DNA of 64,000 nt. Source: Chrysomallon squamiferum (lineage: Eukaryota; Animalia; Mollusca). Positions 19,274-33,164 of the stretch are shown piece by piece (the stretch's first letter is position 1; every line of letters starts with the position of its first letter). Below the pieces are notes generated by a model. It saw only the letters and a list, made by a program, of their open reading frames with translations. It had not been told where the DNA came from and did no database searches. The stretch spans positions 11,532,001-11,596,000 of the forward strand of contig CM022678.1 in the NCBI GenBank assembly GCA_012295275.1, given 5' to 3'. The translations under genes and the position numbers were made by a program.

Positions 19274-19901
19274 AATAAATAAATAAACAAATAAATAAGA
19301 ACCTGAAATTTTAATAAAGTAGAAATGTCCCATTCAATAATATTTATTTATTTATAATCCCGATCATCACCTTAAATTCTAGAAATGGAGCAAATTTTAA
19401 GGACTGAATAAAACTTGTAATTGTGAGTGAAATCTGAAGAATTAAATGATACTGGTCAAGGTATTGTAACAGAAAAGACGTGAAATAAGTGAAAGAGATT
19501 AACCCTTTTATTACGTGTTCTACGTGTGTGAGTGAACCCAGTAAACCAAGTTAACAAAATCCTTGTGAATACAACACAAGTTAACAAAACCCAGTGAACA
19601 AAATTCTAATAAACAGAATCCCATTGAACAAAACCTTAAGTGGAAAAATGACCAGTGGACAAGACAATAATGAACAAAAACACAGCAAAGAAAACCACAA
19701 TGAACAAAAACACAGCAAAGAAAACCACAATGAACAAAACCGCAACCAATCTTAGTAAGATTTAGACGTATAGACTGTCAGATTTAGGCGTGAGTAGACT
19801 TTCTCTATGTTGACATACAGATATATACTCCTACGCATCTGTAATAACTTTATAAACAAGTAAGGGGTTTGATTATTTCATAGTTTCTTCAAGTACGAGA
19901 T

Positions 19902-20068
19902 TTCCCGTATTAGCCACACTGAGGTGGGGGTGTCATTACTCTGTTGCTGCATTTTAGGTACACGAGAAATTAGTTTATTTAAATTAATTGTGAAATATTT
20001 ATCAAAACTTTACTTGGTGTGAAATGATGTCAACAAAAGTTTTGTTCAAAGTATATGACAAAATGAAA
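19902..20068 (+). repeat. Dispersed ~170-bp repeat, copy 2
   Basis: Aligns to 14364-14541. Confidence 0.85.
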
Positions 20069-20686
20069 TCATTTAAAAATATTTATTTATTTATTTAATT
20101 TATATTTATTTATTTATTTATTTATTTAATTTATATTTATTTATTTATTTATTTTATTTATTTATTTATTTATTTATTTAACAATTTTAGATAATCTAAT
20201 TAAATTCTTTTTAAAAGTAAACAGATTTTTGGTTTACATTTCATTTTATTTATTTATTTGTTTATATGATTTTGAGAAAATTCCAGTATTTTAAAAAACA
20301 GATAATAGTGCAGGCTGGAAGCTGATTAAATTATTTTTATTTCTTATTAACAGTTTAGTTTTTTTTAAATTATTTTATATAATTTAAACTTTTATATTTT
20401 TGCTAATAAATTTGGTGATGGAATGTTAATGCAAAGAGTTTGTGTACTATGCAGTTAATATTTAATTAACATTTATAAAATTAATAATTAATGTTAATAT
20501 AATAAAAACAATTTTCCAACTTAATTCAGCCTTTTGTTTTTAACTAATTAAACTTTGATCTTATCTATAAAAACAAATTTACAATTTAATCAGAATTTTA
20601 TTTTCAGTTTTATATTTAAAGGGACTAAGATTATAATTTGAATAATCTTTATTTTTGTTTGAAACCTTTCTCATTTTCTTTGTGCA

Positions 20687-20724
<38 letters not shown>

Positions 20725-21169
20725 TACTGTCTGACCAGGAGAATAAACAATAAATTAAAAATATTATTATCCAAGTCTGACTTCTTATACTGAACAACAA
20801 AATATACTCAACAAAGTCAGTTTGCCTGTGTCGAATGTAGTCAACTTAATTTATTTGAGTTTTCTTTCACAGTTTGAAGACAAGGGTTTCTAGAGATTAA
20901 GTAAATAACCTCAACAAATCTTATATACAGATAACAGATATTAATATTTGCTGTAGAGATAATTTTATTGATAAAATAAAATACAAACATCTGACTGCTC
21001 AGACAGAATAATTTAACTATCAGAAGGTAAATTTAGTTAGATGAAAAACGTAATTGTATGAAATTGTTTTATTACTGATTTACATCATAATCTGAAAAAA
21101 CTATTTTAAAATTTAACAATAAGAAGAAATGCTTTATAATAAATTGCATAATTATCATTATTATGATAA

Positions 21170-21790
21170 AAATGTCAATGTTTTGAACCTTTTTTTAAGC
21201 TGTTTTATATCATATCCTGAAAAACGATTTAAAAAAAAAAATAATAATAATATACATTTTATAAATCGTACATTCAATGTTTTGATCCTGATTTTAAGCT
21301 GTTTTATATCATAACTGAAAAACTAAAAAAAAAAAAATAATAATAATATATATTTTATAAACTGTACATTCAATGTTTTGATCCTGATTTAAAGCTGTTT
21401 ATATCATTACTGAAAAACGATTTAAAAAAAATAAAATAATAATATACATTTTATAGATCGTACATTCAATGTTTTGATCCTGAGTTTAAGCTGTTTTATA
21501 TCATAACTGAAAAACTAAAGAAAATAAATAAATAATAATATATATTTTATAAACTGTACATTCAATGTTTTGATACTGATTTTAAGCTGTTTTATATCAG
21601 AATCTGGAAAACTATTTAAAGAAAAATAATAATACTAAATAGTATTTTATAAACTGCACATTCAAGGTTTTGATCATTATTTTAAGCTGTTTTATATCAG
21701 AATCTGGAAAGATTTAAAGAAAAATAATAATACTAAATAGTATTTTATAAACTGCACATTCAAGGTTTGGATCCTGGTTTCAGGCTGCTG
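21170..21790. repeat. ~96-100-bp tandem repeat (about 7 units) derived from the KICS2 stop-codon region
   Basis: The core ACATTCAATGTTTTGATCCTGATTTTAAGCTG recurs at about 21174, 21270, 21366, 21462, 21558, 21658 and 21756. The last unit is the true end of the CDS. Confidence 0.92.
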
Positions 21791-24700
21791 AGGATCTTTG
21801 CACATCGGAGGTGAAAGCCGATGTCTAAGATGAAATTATTCACGTAAGAATCTTTTTCTGATTTCTTTGTTTCAAATATCACAACCAGCGAAATCCTCGG
21901 ATCAACTCGTGAGATGAAATACGTGCTGTGAGCTTTCTGTAAATTAAATAACAGTAACAGTAACAGTAACAATAACAATAATAGTAATGATAACGATAAT
22001 AATAATGATAATGATAATAACAATAATAATAATAGTAATAATAATAACTAATAATAATAATAATAATAATAATAATGATATAGCAAAATAATAGTAATAA
22101 AAAAATAATAACAACATTAATAACAATAATAACAATAATAATACAATAGTAACAACAACAACAGTAATAGTAGTAGTGGTAGTAATAATAATTCACATAA
22201 ATTATTAATAAATAAATAAATAAATAAATAAACAGTGTAAACAGCAATAACAAATTATAACAAAATGAGATTATTTAAGATGTCTGTGACTCTGGCTCTG
22301 TAATGTTTTTAAATGCACAAAAACACAAACACATGGGGAAGAACACACATAAACACTGTCATGAAGAGAAAAATAAAAATAAAGATTTTACTCACCTTGT
22401 CATAAAAGCAGCTGATTTTATCCCCAGTTTCAGCGACATCCTTTTCATTGATTCTCATCAAAACATTCGGCCAGTGCTGCAGTGGTCTCTCCTGTAACAA
22501 CATTTAAACTTGTAGTTTTAACAGTAACACGAGAACTAAAATAAAAATAAAACAGAAAAATAGAGAGAAAGGAAGACACAAAAGTAAATAAATAAAAAAT
22601 AAAACAGAAAAAAAAAAAGAAAGACAAAAGTAAATAGAGAAAAATACAACAGAAAAAAAGAGAGAAAGAAACACACAAAGTAAATAAAGAAAAAATAAAA
22701 CAGAAAAGGAGAGAGAAAGAAAGAAAGAAAGACACAAAGTAAATAAAAAAAAAAAAAAAAACCAAAGATCAGTGTAAAAGTTTTACATGCTGATTACACA
22801 TACACTAAATAATAAGCACACAAAGACTTTTGATGCTGTGAGTGAGTGAGTGTACATAGGCTGGATTGGAAAAATAACTGAAAGTGTGTCTGGAATGTGT
22901 GTTTTCTGTAGAAAGTATTGTTGGTTTTATTTTTTTAACAAACAAAACAGTATTTTCTAAAGAACTGTGGATAAACACTTCATTAAGAAAAATAAAAAAT
23001 AAATTACTTTCATGTTATTGTGTTACAGTTTAAATAATGTGTAAAATTAGAAAAATAAGTTTTTACTCTGATTCAATAAATAAAACTCTTTTTTTTTTCT
23101 TTTCTTTTTTCTTTTCTTTTTTAACTGGTTTACAGCTGATGTTTTCGTTGGAGTATTACAAGTGTTGCCAAGAAAGAAATTCCTTTTTACAATCTTTCAT
23201 TTGCAAAAAAAAAAGTCAGCAGAAATTTTATTTTTTATTTATTTAATTTCTAATTTACTGCTTTATTTACATCATGAACAAAATTATCTTATTTTTTTAA
23301 ATTTATCTAGTTTTAGTGTTGCTATGATTTCTATTTTCACAGTGGGTGGTTGGGTATACATTTAATTGTTATTTGTTTCTTTTTGTGTTTTTATGTTTCA
23401 CACTGTCTTTTTTTTTTCTTTTTTGTTGATTTTCTTTTTTCCTGCTGTTTTCATTATTGTTATTATTTTTCTTATTCATTTTGCATTCTGATAGTTTATA
23501 TTTATTTTCATGATTTACCTTGACTATTATTATTGTTGTTGTTGTTATTATTAGTAATATTATTATTACTGTTATTACTAATAGTATTATTCTTACTTTT
23601 ATTATTGCTATTATTATTATTTTTATTTTCAATTTTACAGACTCTATTTACAGATATTATTAAAGATAAAGTATTTTTGGTTTCATTTTTTAACAAAACA
23701 TTATTATTATTTTCAATTTTACAGACTCTATTTACAGATGTTTTTAAACAAAGTTTTACCCACTCCAGGGTAGGAGAAGATGGCAGGGAAGCTGTCCATT
23801 CCTCGAGGGGGTTCTGTAAATTTATACGGGTGGTGGTAACCAGGGCCGGTGAACTTGTCTGTTACTAAGGTAGTGTCAAAGACCAGGCAGACACTGGTAG
23901 CATCAGTCTTCTTTTGAAACGTCATCATTCTGAGAGAAACACAAACTCATTAGAAAACACACAGAAACAAAATTAATACATAAAGTAACTAAATCATGTA
24001 TAATAACAAACAATTTTCAAATATGACTTGTTTATTCTCACCATCGAATATAATATGTTCACCATTATGTTTATATTTATTTTAACATTTTTGTGTCCTT
24101 GTCTTTTTATATTTTGGTTTATTAGTTTACACTGAAGAGCACCCTTGTATTATTTGGTGTGGAAAAACTGGATTGGGAAAATAGTATAACACACACAGAA
24201 ACATATATGTATACATGTATGTATGTATGTATGTATGTATACATGTATGTATGTATGTATGTATGTATGTATGTATGTATGTATGTATATATGTATGTAT
24301 GTATGTACATATCTATGTATATATGTATATATGTGTGTATATATATGCATGTAGTTTAAGATTTTGAATATTCTGTCTTATTTAAATCTGAATAGACTCT
24401 GCACATAGACAATATTCGGGAATGCATCTGTATTTTTACAGCATGTCTATTTGCATCTGGTTTTAATAAAGAGTCAATGTATTCGGAAATGTTGTAAGAT
24501 TCTGATCCACAGAGACGATTGATCGACCTGGTGGTGTGTTAAGATGCTAGTCTGAGAATGAAATCATGATACAAGACAGTTCATCTGTTTTGTGTTTACA
24601 TGACCCTTTTCCTGCAAACAAAAATAATTCTGTTGAATTTATTTTTATTGGTTTACCAAATGGCTTTGTCCAATTTTTTTATAATATGTTGTATTATTTA

Positions 24701-24976
24701 GTTGTCTATGGGCTTGACAGATGTAATTTTCCCTTGACAAGGTAACAGTTGCTGATCCTTTGTCTGCCGTTTTGATTATTATTTTGCATGGTTTCGTAAA
24801 TTGTTGAGAGCACGTCGTTCCATAACCAAGAGAATTTGAATAAGCTGTTAATTTTCTAACATCCTCAAATACTTTTCTGTAAGTTTTAACAACCTCGGGA
24901 TCAATTTCTGAAATATCAGGTGTCCAACTGGAATTTTCTGTGAATGGTAATTTTTCTCCACTTGAGTTTCTAAAAT

Positions 24977-25041
<65 letters not shown>

Positions 25042-28000
25042 GAAATAAAATCTTACTTTCCTACAAAGTCTTCAGTTGCTTTGGCTGTGAGAGATTTCAT
25101 CTCTGCTGGGTTACTTTGCTTAGACAACACATCATAGAAATACAGACAGAACTGTAATAATAATAATAATCATGATGATGATAATTATGATAATAATAAC
25201 ATTAATAATAACAAAAACAATAACAACAATAGTAATAATAAAATAATAAGAGTAATTTTAAAGGTTCTTACATTTTTTATTTATCTATATAAAATATTTG
25301 AAACAAAACTGAAAATTTTGTAAATAATAACAACAATAAAAAAAAAAATAAAAAAAATTAATAAATAAAATTAAAATATTCATGCGGTAAGTAAAAACAC
25401 ACACAAAGAAAAATAACAAAATAAAATGTTTTAAAAATCAAAATTACAAAATTAAAAATAAAACAACGAAATAATTTATAATAAAGATTCAAACACTCAG
25501 TCTTTGATGGTTTGTGGCACCAATGAATGCTGTTATGCAGGAAAAATAATTTAGTAATGTATTGCTCATTTGTTTATGATTTCTATTATAATATTATCAT
25601 CACCTTTGTGTCAATTCAAGTCAAGTGAAGCAAACAGACAAACTAGCAAACAAACAAACAAACAAACAAACAAATAAATAAATAAATAAATAAATAACAT
25701 AGTATAATATAACAAATAAAGAATGAATTTAAACCAGTAAAATAAAAGTAACATGAAATATGAAAGATCAAAAATAAATTATTAACACACTGTGTAAGCA
25801 AACACAATAATTATTTCTGTACATGTGTTGTAAAGATTTAATTTATCTGACCTTTGAAACTAAAAGACCTTTGAACTTGACCAACCAAAGGTATAGAGCA
25901 GGTAATGTACTGGACTTTGACTGGCTAAATCCTTTTTTACACTGAAAAATAAAAATAAAAACAAACATATATGGATGTGGATACACACATCTACATAGCT
26001 GGATAAACATGCATGTTCATGTTTGTTCATGTCTGTATACATTTAAGTGAATATGTTATCTTTCTTTCTTTCTCTTTTTCTCATGTACATATAATGACAG
26101 AAAAATTTAAGCATGCATAATAACATATATAACATGTACTTCACACTTCTAAAACAATTGTCTTAAAAATTCATATAAAACTGCTGATATAAATATTTGT
26201 AACTGCAGTGTGGAAAATAAACTTTAAAATGAGTAACAGAAAAGTAGGGTGTAGAAGGAAACAAAACAAAAATATCAGTACTGTACAATCTAATAAACTG
26301 CAAAACTAATTAATAATAATAATAATTATTATTATTATTATTACTATTACTATTACTATTACTATTATTATTACTATTACTATTACTATTATTATAATGG
26401 ATCAGGAATTATTACAAAAAATAAAACAAATAAAATAAAATAAATTAAAAGATGAAAATACTGCGTGAATAATAAAATCAAGCAAGTTTATTAATGTGAA
26501 CTTATGTGTCAAAACTAATGGAAATGATTTATTTATTGGTTCATTTGTTTGTTTGTTTATTTGTTTAATATCAAGTTTTAAAATTTCATACTGGGTTCAT
26601 TAAAGAGGTTCCACTGCCTGTAATTCAGTGTTTAGAAAGGTAATTATTTTCATTTGACAGACTATTTGATGTTTACAAACACACACTGAATCTACTGTGA
26701 GAAGTAATATGTGAATTTATCTGATTTTAAGCATGTTACAGAAAACACCTACATACAAAAGCTGAAAAAAAAACTAACAGAACAAGTTTCTTGAGATAAC
26801 ACATTCACATTTATATATATACATACAGTTTATTGTGTGTGTGTAATTCAAATGATTTCTCTGATGTTTAATGATATAGTAAAAACTGACACTATTTTGA
26901 TTCTACCATTTAAATTTCACTGAAACATCTATCTATCTATATATATATATATATTATATATCAAAAACTGATATTTTTATTCTTAATTTTTATTTCAACT
27001 ACTTAAATTCATTAATAAAATACATTAAAGAAAATTAATTAAATTCACAAACTCAAACATGCATCTCTCTCTCTCTCTCACAAAACACACAAATATTTAA
27101 GTAAGTAAATAAATAAATCTGAAATAAATAAACACATTCATACAGTGGCACTGTAACTGTGAAATAAATATATTAAAATGAAAAAAAAATGAAAAAAAGA
27201 TCTGTTTAAAAATAATTAAGCATTCAGTATGCAGAAGAAAATAACTAATAGAGAACTCCACTGATTATAAAATAATAAATCTATCAACAACAAAAATACA
27301 ACACTGGTATACCTCACATTTCAAATCTGGTGACTAGAATTCAAAATAAAACATTTAATTAATTCAAAATTGGAAAAGGAGTGAAGATTAAATGTACTAT
27401 ATTTTTTTTTTGTTTTAGTTATTTAAAATGTACAATTTGTGAATATTAAAATAAAAAGAAATAGAAATAATTAAATATTAAAAAGCTTTTTCTTTTATTT
27501 ATTTATAATTCACAATTCAAATTGTTGAAGAAGAATAATTTTTAAATATCAAAAGCCTTTCTTTTGTTCAGTTTATAAGATACAATTCAAAATATTGATA
27601 AAAATTACATTTCAAATATCTAAAAACTTTAGATATATATATATATATATATATAAAGAAGTTTTAAAATATTTTAGGTATAATTATATAATATATATAT
27701 TGCAACATACAATACAAATCTGGAAGGAAAGAACACTCTTTCATGTATGCATAAAAGGGATTTCTACTTTTTTGTGTTTTATATTTTGAATCTGTGTAAA
27801 TAAGGCAAAAAAACCATTTTGTCTATTAAGAAGCTTTTATTTAATTTGTTGTTGTTTTCAGTCTAAAATGTTAAAAAAACTGCTTTTAATAGCATATAGT
27901 TTATCTGATATTGTTATTGTTTTTTTTATTAATAATTGTTTTTTTTAATGCTATAAATGTACAATTTAACAACAACAAAATGTAATGAATTGTTTTTAAA

Positions 28001-28052
28001 AATGATGATGGCAATCATTTTTGTTTTACTAGAAAAAGATGTAATTTTTTTC

Positions 28053-28083
<31 letters not shown>

Positions 28084-28304
28084 ACTAATAATAATAATAA
28101 TAATATTAATAATAATAACTGAGGATACAAATAAATGATTATACTGTCAGAAAGCTTACATCTTTGACTGAAGCTAAAGCAGCCCAGCTTGCTAGTTTAG
28201 AGTTTGCCTGGTGAAGTTGTAACACTGAGGTTAAAAACTGCCAGTCTGATATCAACACTTGTGCCTGCAGCAGATGACTCAAAATGTCACACTCTAAACT
28301 GAAA

Positions 28305-28335
<31 letters not shown>

Positions 28336-31095
28336 TTTGTAATTCTCAAAATATTCAATTCTAAAATGAAAATCAAATAATAAAAATATGATTTTGTAGT
28401 ATCTGAAGATATCAAATTCTAAAACAAAAATAAAATAAAAATAGCTTTTGTAATACCTCAAAATATCGAATTCTAAACTGAAAATAAAATAATAAAAATA
28501 ATGCTTTGTAGTAACTCAAAATATCAAATTCAAAAGTGAAAATAAAATAATCATAAAAATAAAATATCTCTCAATATCAATTTATAAGCTGTAAATAAAA
28601 TAATAACCAACTTTCAACATGAAACTAAAATTAAAATAAAATGTTTTAATATCTCAAAATATCAAACTCTAAACTGAAAGTAAAATAATAATAAAAATAA
28701 TGTTTTGACAACTGACAGTATAGCAACTACCCTTTTTAACATGCAGTGACAGAAAGTAATACATATGAGATTGTTTTTAACCAGCTGTAACAATGCTTTA
28801 AAATACTGTATTATACAAATTTGTAATTTTAAAGTTTTTTTTAACTGAAACCCAATCTCAGCCACCTGAAAATGAACAGTTAATAAATAATAAATATTTT
28901 TTAATAATACCTTTTTTAACTCTCAAGACAAAAATAAGATAACGCTTGTACCAGTGTTGTAAAATAACATGACAGACATTATTTTAAAGGAGTTTTTACC
29001 TGAACGCTGATTTCAGTGGACTTAGAAGAGGGTGGTGAAAACTTCGGCTGTGAGCTTGAATAATCTCGCTGGCGATCGTACTGAGGTCACTGAAATTCAC
29101 GTTTTTGTGGTTAGCCATTGCTGACATCTGTTCATACCTGTACCAGGTGTTAAGGTCAATTTGAAATTAAAAACTTTGAAAATAGTAAGCTAAAAAAATA
29201 ATAGTTTTCAGTTATTTTAAAATTTTAAAAATTTATTTTCAATTATGGAGTTTAAACTTAATTTCAGTTATAAGAATGTTTAAAAATCTATTGGGAATTA
29301 AGATTTATTAATATTTTGTTTATATTTTTATTATTTAATGTAAGCTTTTTATCATAAAATGGTTAATTTAAATCCAGTCAAACACACACTCACACACACC
29401 AAAATATAATTTGTAATTTTAAAAAAATAAGTGACACCCTGTATTTATGTAACATATACTGACTTAAGTTACTTTTGAAACCTGTAACATTAACAAAACA
29501 TATGATTGTAGAACAAAATTGATAATATAATTAAAATAAAAATTTGTATTTTATCTAACAAAATTAACAAATAATCAATCACATCTCTAAATATTCAACT
29601 CCAGAAGATGTCACATTTTCATCTTTACATACTGATTTTTGATATAATTAAGACTAATCTCAATTGAATTGAGAAGATGAAGATAAATAATAAATGAAAA
29701 TATTTTGGATACAGATCCATCATTTTGTGTCGAGCTGTGAGGTAGTGATAAAGCTGTCCTGACAAGTGAGCTAACAAAATTTCAAGGTCACTAGGGGCGC
29801 TGCTGAAGATGTGTTATCAATATTCCCAGTGTCTTCAAGTCTTCTGAATTCTTGCATTAAAAACTGGTAGATGTTTCTAAGATTCTGAAATTAACAGAAC
29901 TAAATATAGTGATGATGATGTGTAAGAGTGGGTGTGTAAAATAAAGAAAGAGAGAAAAAGAGAGACAGAAAGAGAAAGAAGAGAGAGAGAGAACGAGAGA
30001 GACACTAAAGATATTAAATTATTTCTAATGTATGCACAATGAAAAATTAAATATATATAATGATGGATGCAAACAAGAAAGACAAGTGAAAAAGACCCCT
30101 TATTTTACTTACCTCCCTTGATCTACCAATCCCATGAAACCTCTTCTGTCCCAGAAAGGTCAAGGTCATGTACATTCTTTCTGCTGTTGCAAGTTGAGAG
30201 AAACATTGAAGAAGAGTTCCCCAGCAGCAAGCTGTGCCTCCTTTGTCTTTGTCCTGTACAGTAATTAAAACAATCAGCTAGTGTTACAATATTTTATTTA
30301 ACACGAGACTTAAAAATAATTTAATGTAACCATACTAAATATCTCTACACTAAAAAAAAAAGGCATAAAAATAATTTAATCTAACATACTAAATATATCT
30401 CATCTTTTAAAATAAAATAAAAATAATTAAAAGTTTACTATCGTCATATATATTTTACTAAATTAAATACATTAGTCATAAAATTAATTTAACATAACGT
30501 ACTAAAGATATATATAACTTTAAAAAAAAAAAATAATAATAATAATAATAATAATAATTACAAATATTTTATTAAATTAAATATGAGTCATAAATTTCTT
30601 TAAACATAACTTCCTAAATATCTCTTTTAAAAACCACAATAATAATAATAATTTTTTTTTAACTACAATCACCAGTGTTTTATTAAATTAAAACAGAAGT
30701 AATAAAAATTTAATATTAAAAATATATCTCATCTTTTAAAAATAACAATAATAATTATAATTAACTTTTTACTACAATTATCACCTGTTATTAAATCAAA
30801 TATATTAGTAATAAAAATATTTTAATGTAACATACTATCTGTCTCTCTTAATTTAAAAAATATATATTAATAATAATTACTAATACTCATATACTACTAT
30901 TATTATTATTATGACTATTGTAAGCATGGTATATTAATATCACATATAATAAGACACAAAAATTAATGAAATAGATCAAAATATGTTTAAACATATTGGT
31001 TATTAGAGTTAATCAAATATTTTTTATGTTTGTAATTGTGCTTTGTAGAAGGCACCGTTCACAAAATACACTGGCTACATCTATAGAGGATTATT

Positions 31096-31130
<35 letters not shown>

Positions 31131-31947
31131 TTTTCAGTAAATTTAAATGTCCAGATTCTGTTATTTGATATTTATTAACAAAAAAGTTTCCACTATCCTG
31201 ACAATCTAAAATCCAATGTGAAATTTTTAAATTAGGTTGTAAAGCAGCTGACATAAATAATTTCTGGTTCTAAGAATTAAACAAGTGACTTTTTAATCTC
31301 TCTGAGTCATGTTATGTATTCTGAAGTTTGATTTATGAATAAAATTATTTGCTATAAGTTTATTTGATAAAGATAAAAAAATGTATTCACCAAAAGGTAG
31401 TTTTCTATCAACTGTATAAAACATTATGATAAAAGAGATCAGTCAAAAAGAATTGACAAAATGTAATTACGTCTACAAAGTGTGAAACCAGTGTAATTAA
31501 GTATGTAAAAATATAGTTGAGTTATTCCTAATAAATATGTATACTTTAAGAACAGATTTTGTTTAAAATGGTTACAAATATGTATGAACTGATTTGTTTA
31601 GCTGAACTGATATTTTAAAGTGTATATTTTGCACTAAGATAGTATTTACTACTAGAATAGTGCAAATACTTTAACACTTTAAATCAAAACTGGATTTAAT
31701 TATAATAATCCTGAATCTAATAATAATAATAAAGACAAATTTTCACACATTTATAAAAAGTTTAGATTTAATAAATAAAAACTGCTAGCAATATATTTAT
31801 GAAATTAATATATGAAACTATTTAAGAAACGAGACAAACTGTTCGTACTGCAAGTTCTTTTGCTTTGTCAAAGGCAAACTGACTCAGGTGGAAGAAGTAA
31901 TTCTCAAGGAAACATTCTTCTCTGCAGCTTGATGTAGGAGTGGACAT
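21760..31947 (-). CDS. KICS2: KICSTOR complex subunit 2 (C12orf66 ortholog), about 437 aa, 10 coding exons; apparent 1-nt deletion in exon 3
   Basis: Minus-strand exons: 31947-31849 (MSTP...LENYFFHLSQFAFDKAKELA), 30253-30113 (...LATAERMYMTLTFLGQK...), 29884-29713 (NLRNIYQFL.../...EILLAHLSGQL...ARHKMMD), 29137-29000 (YEQM...FHHPLLSPLKSAF), 28298-28160 (LECDILSHLLQAQ...WQFL), 25941-25852 (...PALYLWLVKFKGLLVSK), 25151-25057 (FCLYFYDVLSKQ...EMKSLTAKA), 23929-23764 (...GPGYHHP...PRGMDSFPAIFSYP), 22491-22396 (RPLQHWPNVLM...FYDK), 21936-21760 (STYFISR...IFETKKSEKDS...SLKPGSKP*). Colinear with the recalled human C12orf66 sequence. All introns are GT-AG with matching phases. Confidence 0.95.
24370..24930 (-). 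mobile_element. Decayed Penelope-like retroelement RT fragment in a KICS2 intron
   Basis: The minus strand, with frameshifts, reads ERRALNNLRN / KIIIKTADKGSATVTLSRENYICQAHRQLNNTTYYKK / PPGRSIVS / CGSESYNISEYIDSLLKP. These match the IKPADKG...Y...QL and GRPIVS motifs of Penelope-like RTs. Confidence 0.8.
28278..28700. repeat. Degenerate ~55-65-bp tandem repeat echoing the KICS2 exon-5 acceptor
   Basis: CTCAAAATATCAAATTCTAAACTGAAAATAAAAT-like units recur about 7 times. The first unit is the real exon start (CTCAAAATGTCACACTCTAAA|CTGAAAAT). Confidence 0.75.
29138..29712 (-). other. Probable U12-type (minor spliceosome) GT-AG intron in KICS2
   Basis: 5' splice site CT|GTATCC. Branch-point motif CCTTAAC (29155-29149) ends 8 nt before the terminal CAG, with no polypyrimidine tract. 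Boundaries are fixed by protein homology. Confidence 0.75.
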
Positions 31948-33164
31948 TTTATTCTTCTCAAAACCTAAATTAAATACATGAATAATAAAAATAATTTATC
32001 AAATATATTAATTATCTACACTCATTATAATATAACACACATACACATACACAAAAATAATAAAATAAATAAATAAAAATTATTACTTAACTATTTTACT
32101 AGAATTACTAATATTTTTATCTTACTATTTTCATTACTGTAATTAGTAATATTTCTACAATAAGGATGACATTTTAATATCACAAAATAATGACATGTAA
32201 AACATGTTTTATAAGTGTTGGTTATCAGATGTCAGTCATGTTTCTGGTACATGAAAACAATAGAAAAAAAACTCATGGATAAGAATGCCATTTTCCAAAA
32301 CTGACTGAAAATAATTTTTATTACAAAATCAAAGATGTGGGCTATTCTGATACATAATTAGAAAAGTTACAGCTTCTTAAAAAAAAAAAAAAAAAAAGGT
32401 GTGCATCATTGACTGACCTATACAGTTATACATAAAACCCTGCGATTCCTTCTTCTTAGCTGTTCTCACTGACTGACAAAAGAAGCTTGCCTATAAAAAA
32501 AAAAAAAATTAAAATTAAAATCAATATTCCTTCATTAATAGTGTATCAGCAATTTTAAAATTTTGCAGTGTTTGTTTGTTTTCAGTTTTCATAAGCTCTA
32601 CTTTATACTTATATCCTTTGAGCAAATTAATTAATTAATATAAAATTAAAATACTGGCACAATGAGGAAAAAAATTCCATTTTTTTGTAAAGAACAATAT
32701 TAATTCAGGATGTCTTTATTTACTCTTGATGTACATGAGCAGTTTTCATTTTCAAAAGTATAATTCACTTTTAAACATTATAATGAACAATGATATTTGC
32801 TTCCAACCACAACAAAATTAAGTGAAAAAAATTGTATTGTTTAAAGCATTGGTTTAAAGCATACACACAAAATGCTAAGAAATATAATGCAAAATGTAAA
32901 CAAATATAGAAATACCTGAAAGGAGGATACATACCTTTATTCATCATTTATTTTGTGCTGATGAGAAATATGAGCCTGGCGTGTTTTGGCAATTTCTTCA
33001 ATGTTGGGGCGTATGACAATGTAATGTATGACAAGCAATCATACAAGCATATTGTTCAGTGTTAAGTGATGGAAAATAATAATTTAATTTATCTTCCAAA
33101 TTTTAATGCTGAAGTGTGGATATAATGTACTATAAATCAATTTTTTTTATCATCACAAATATCT

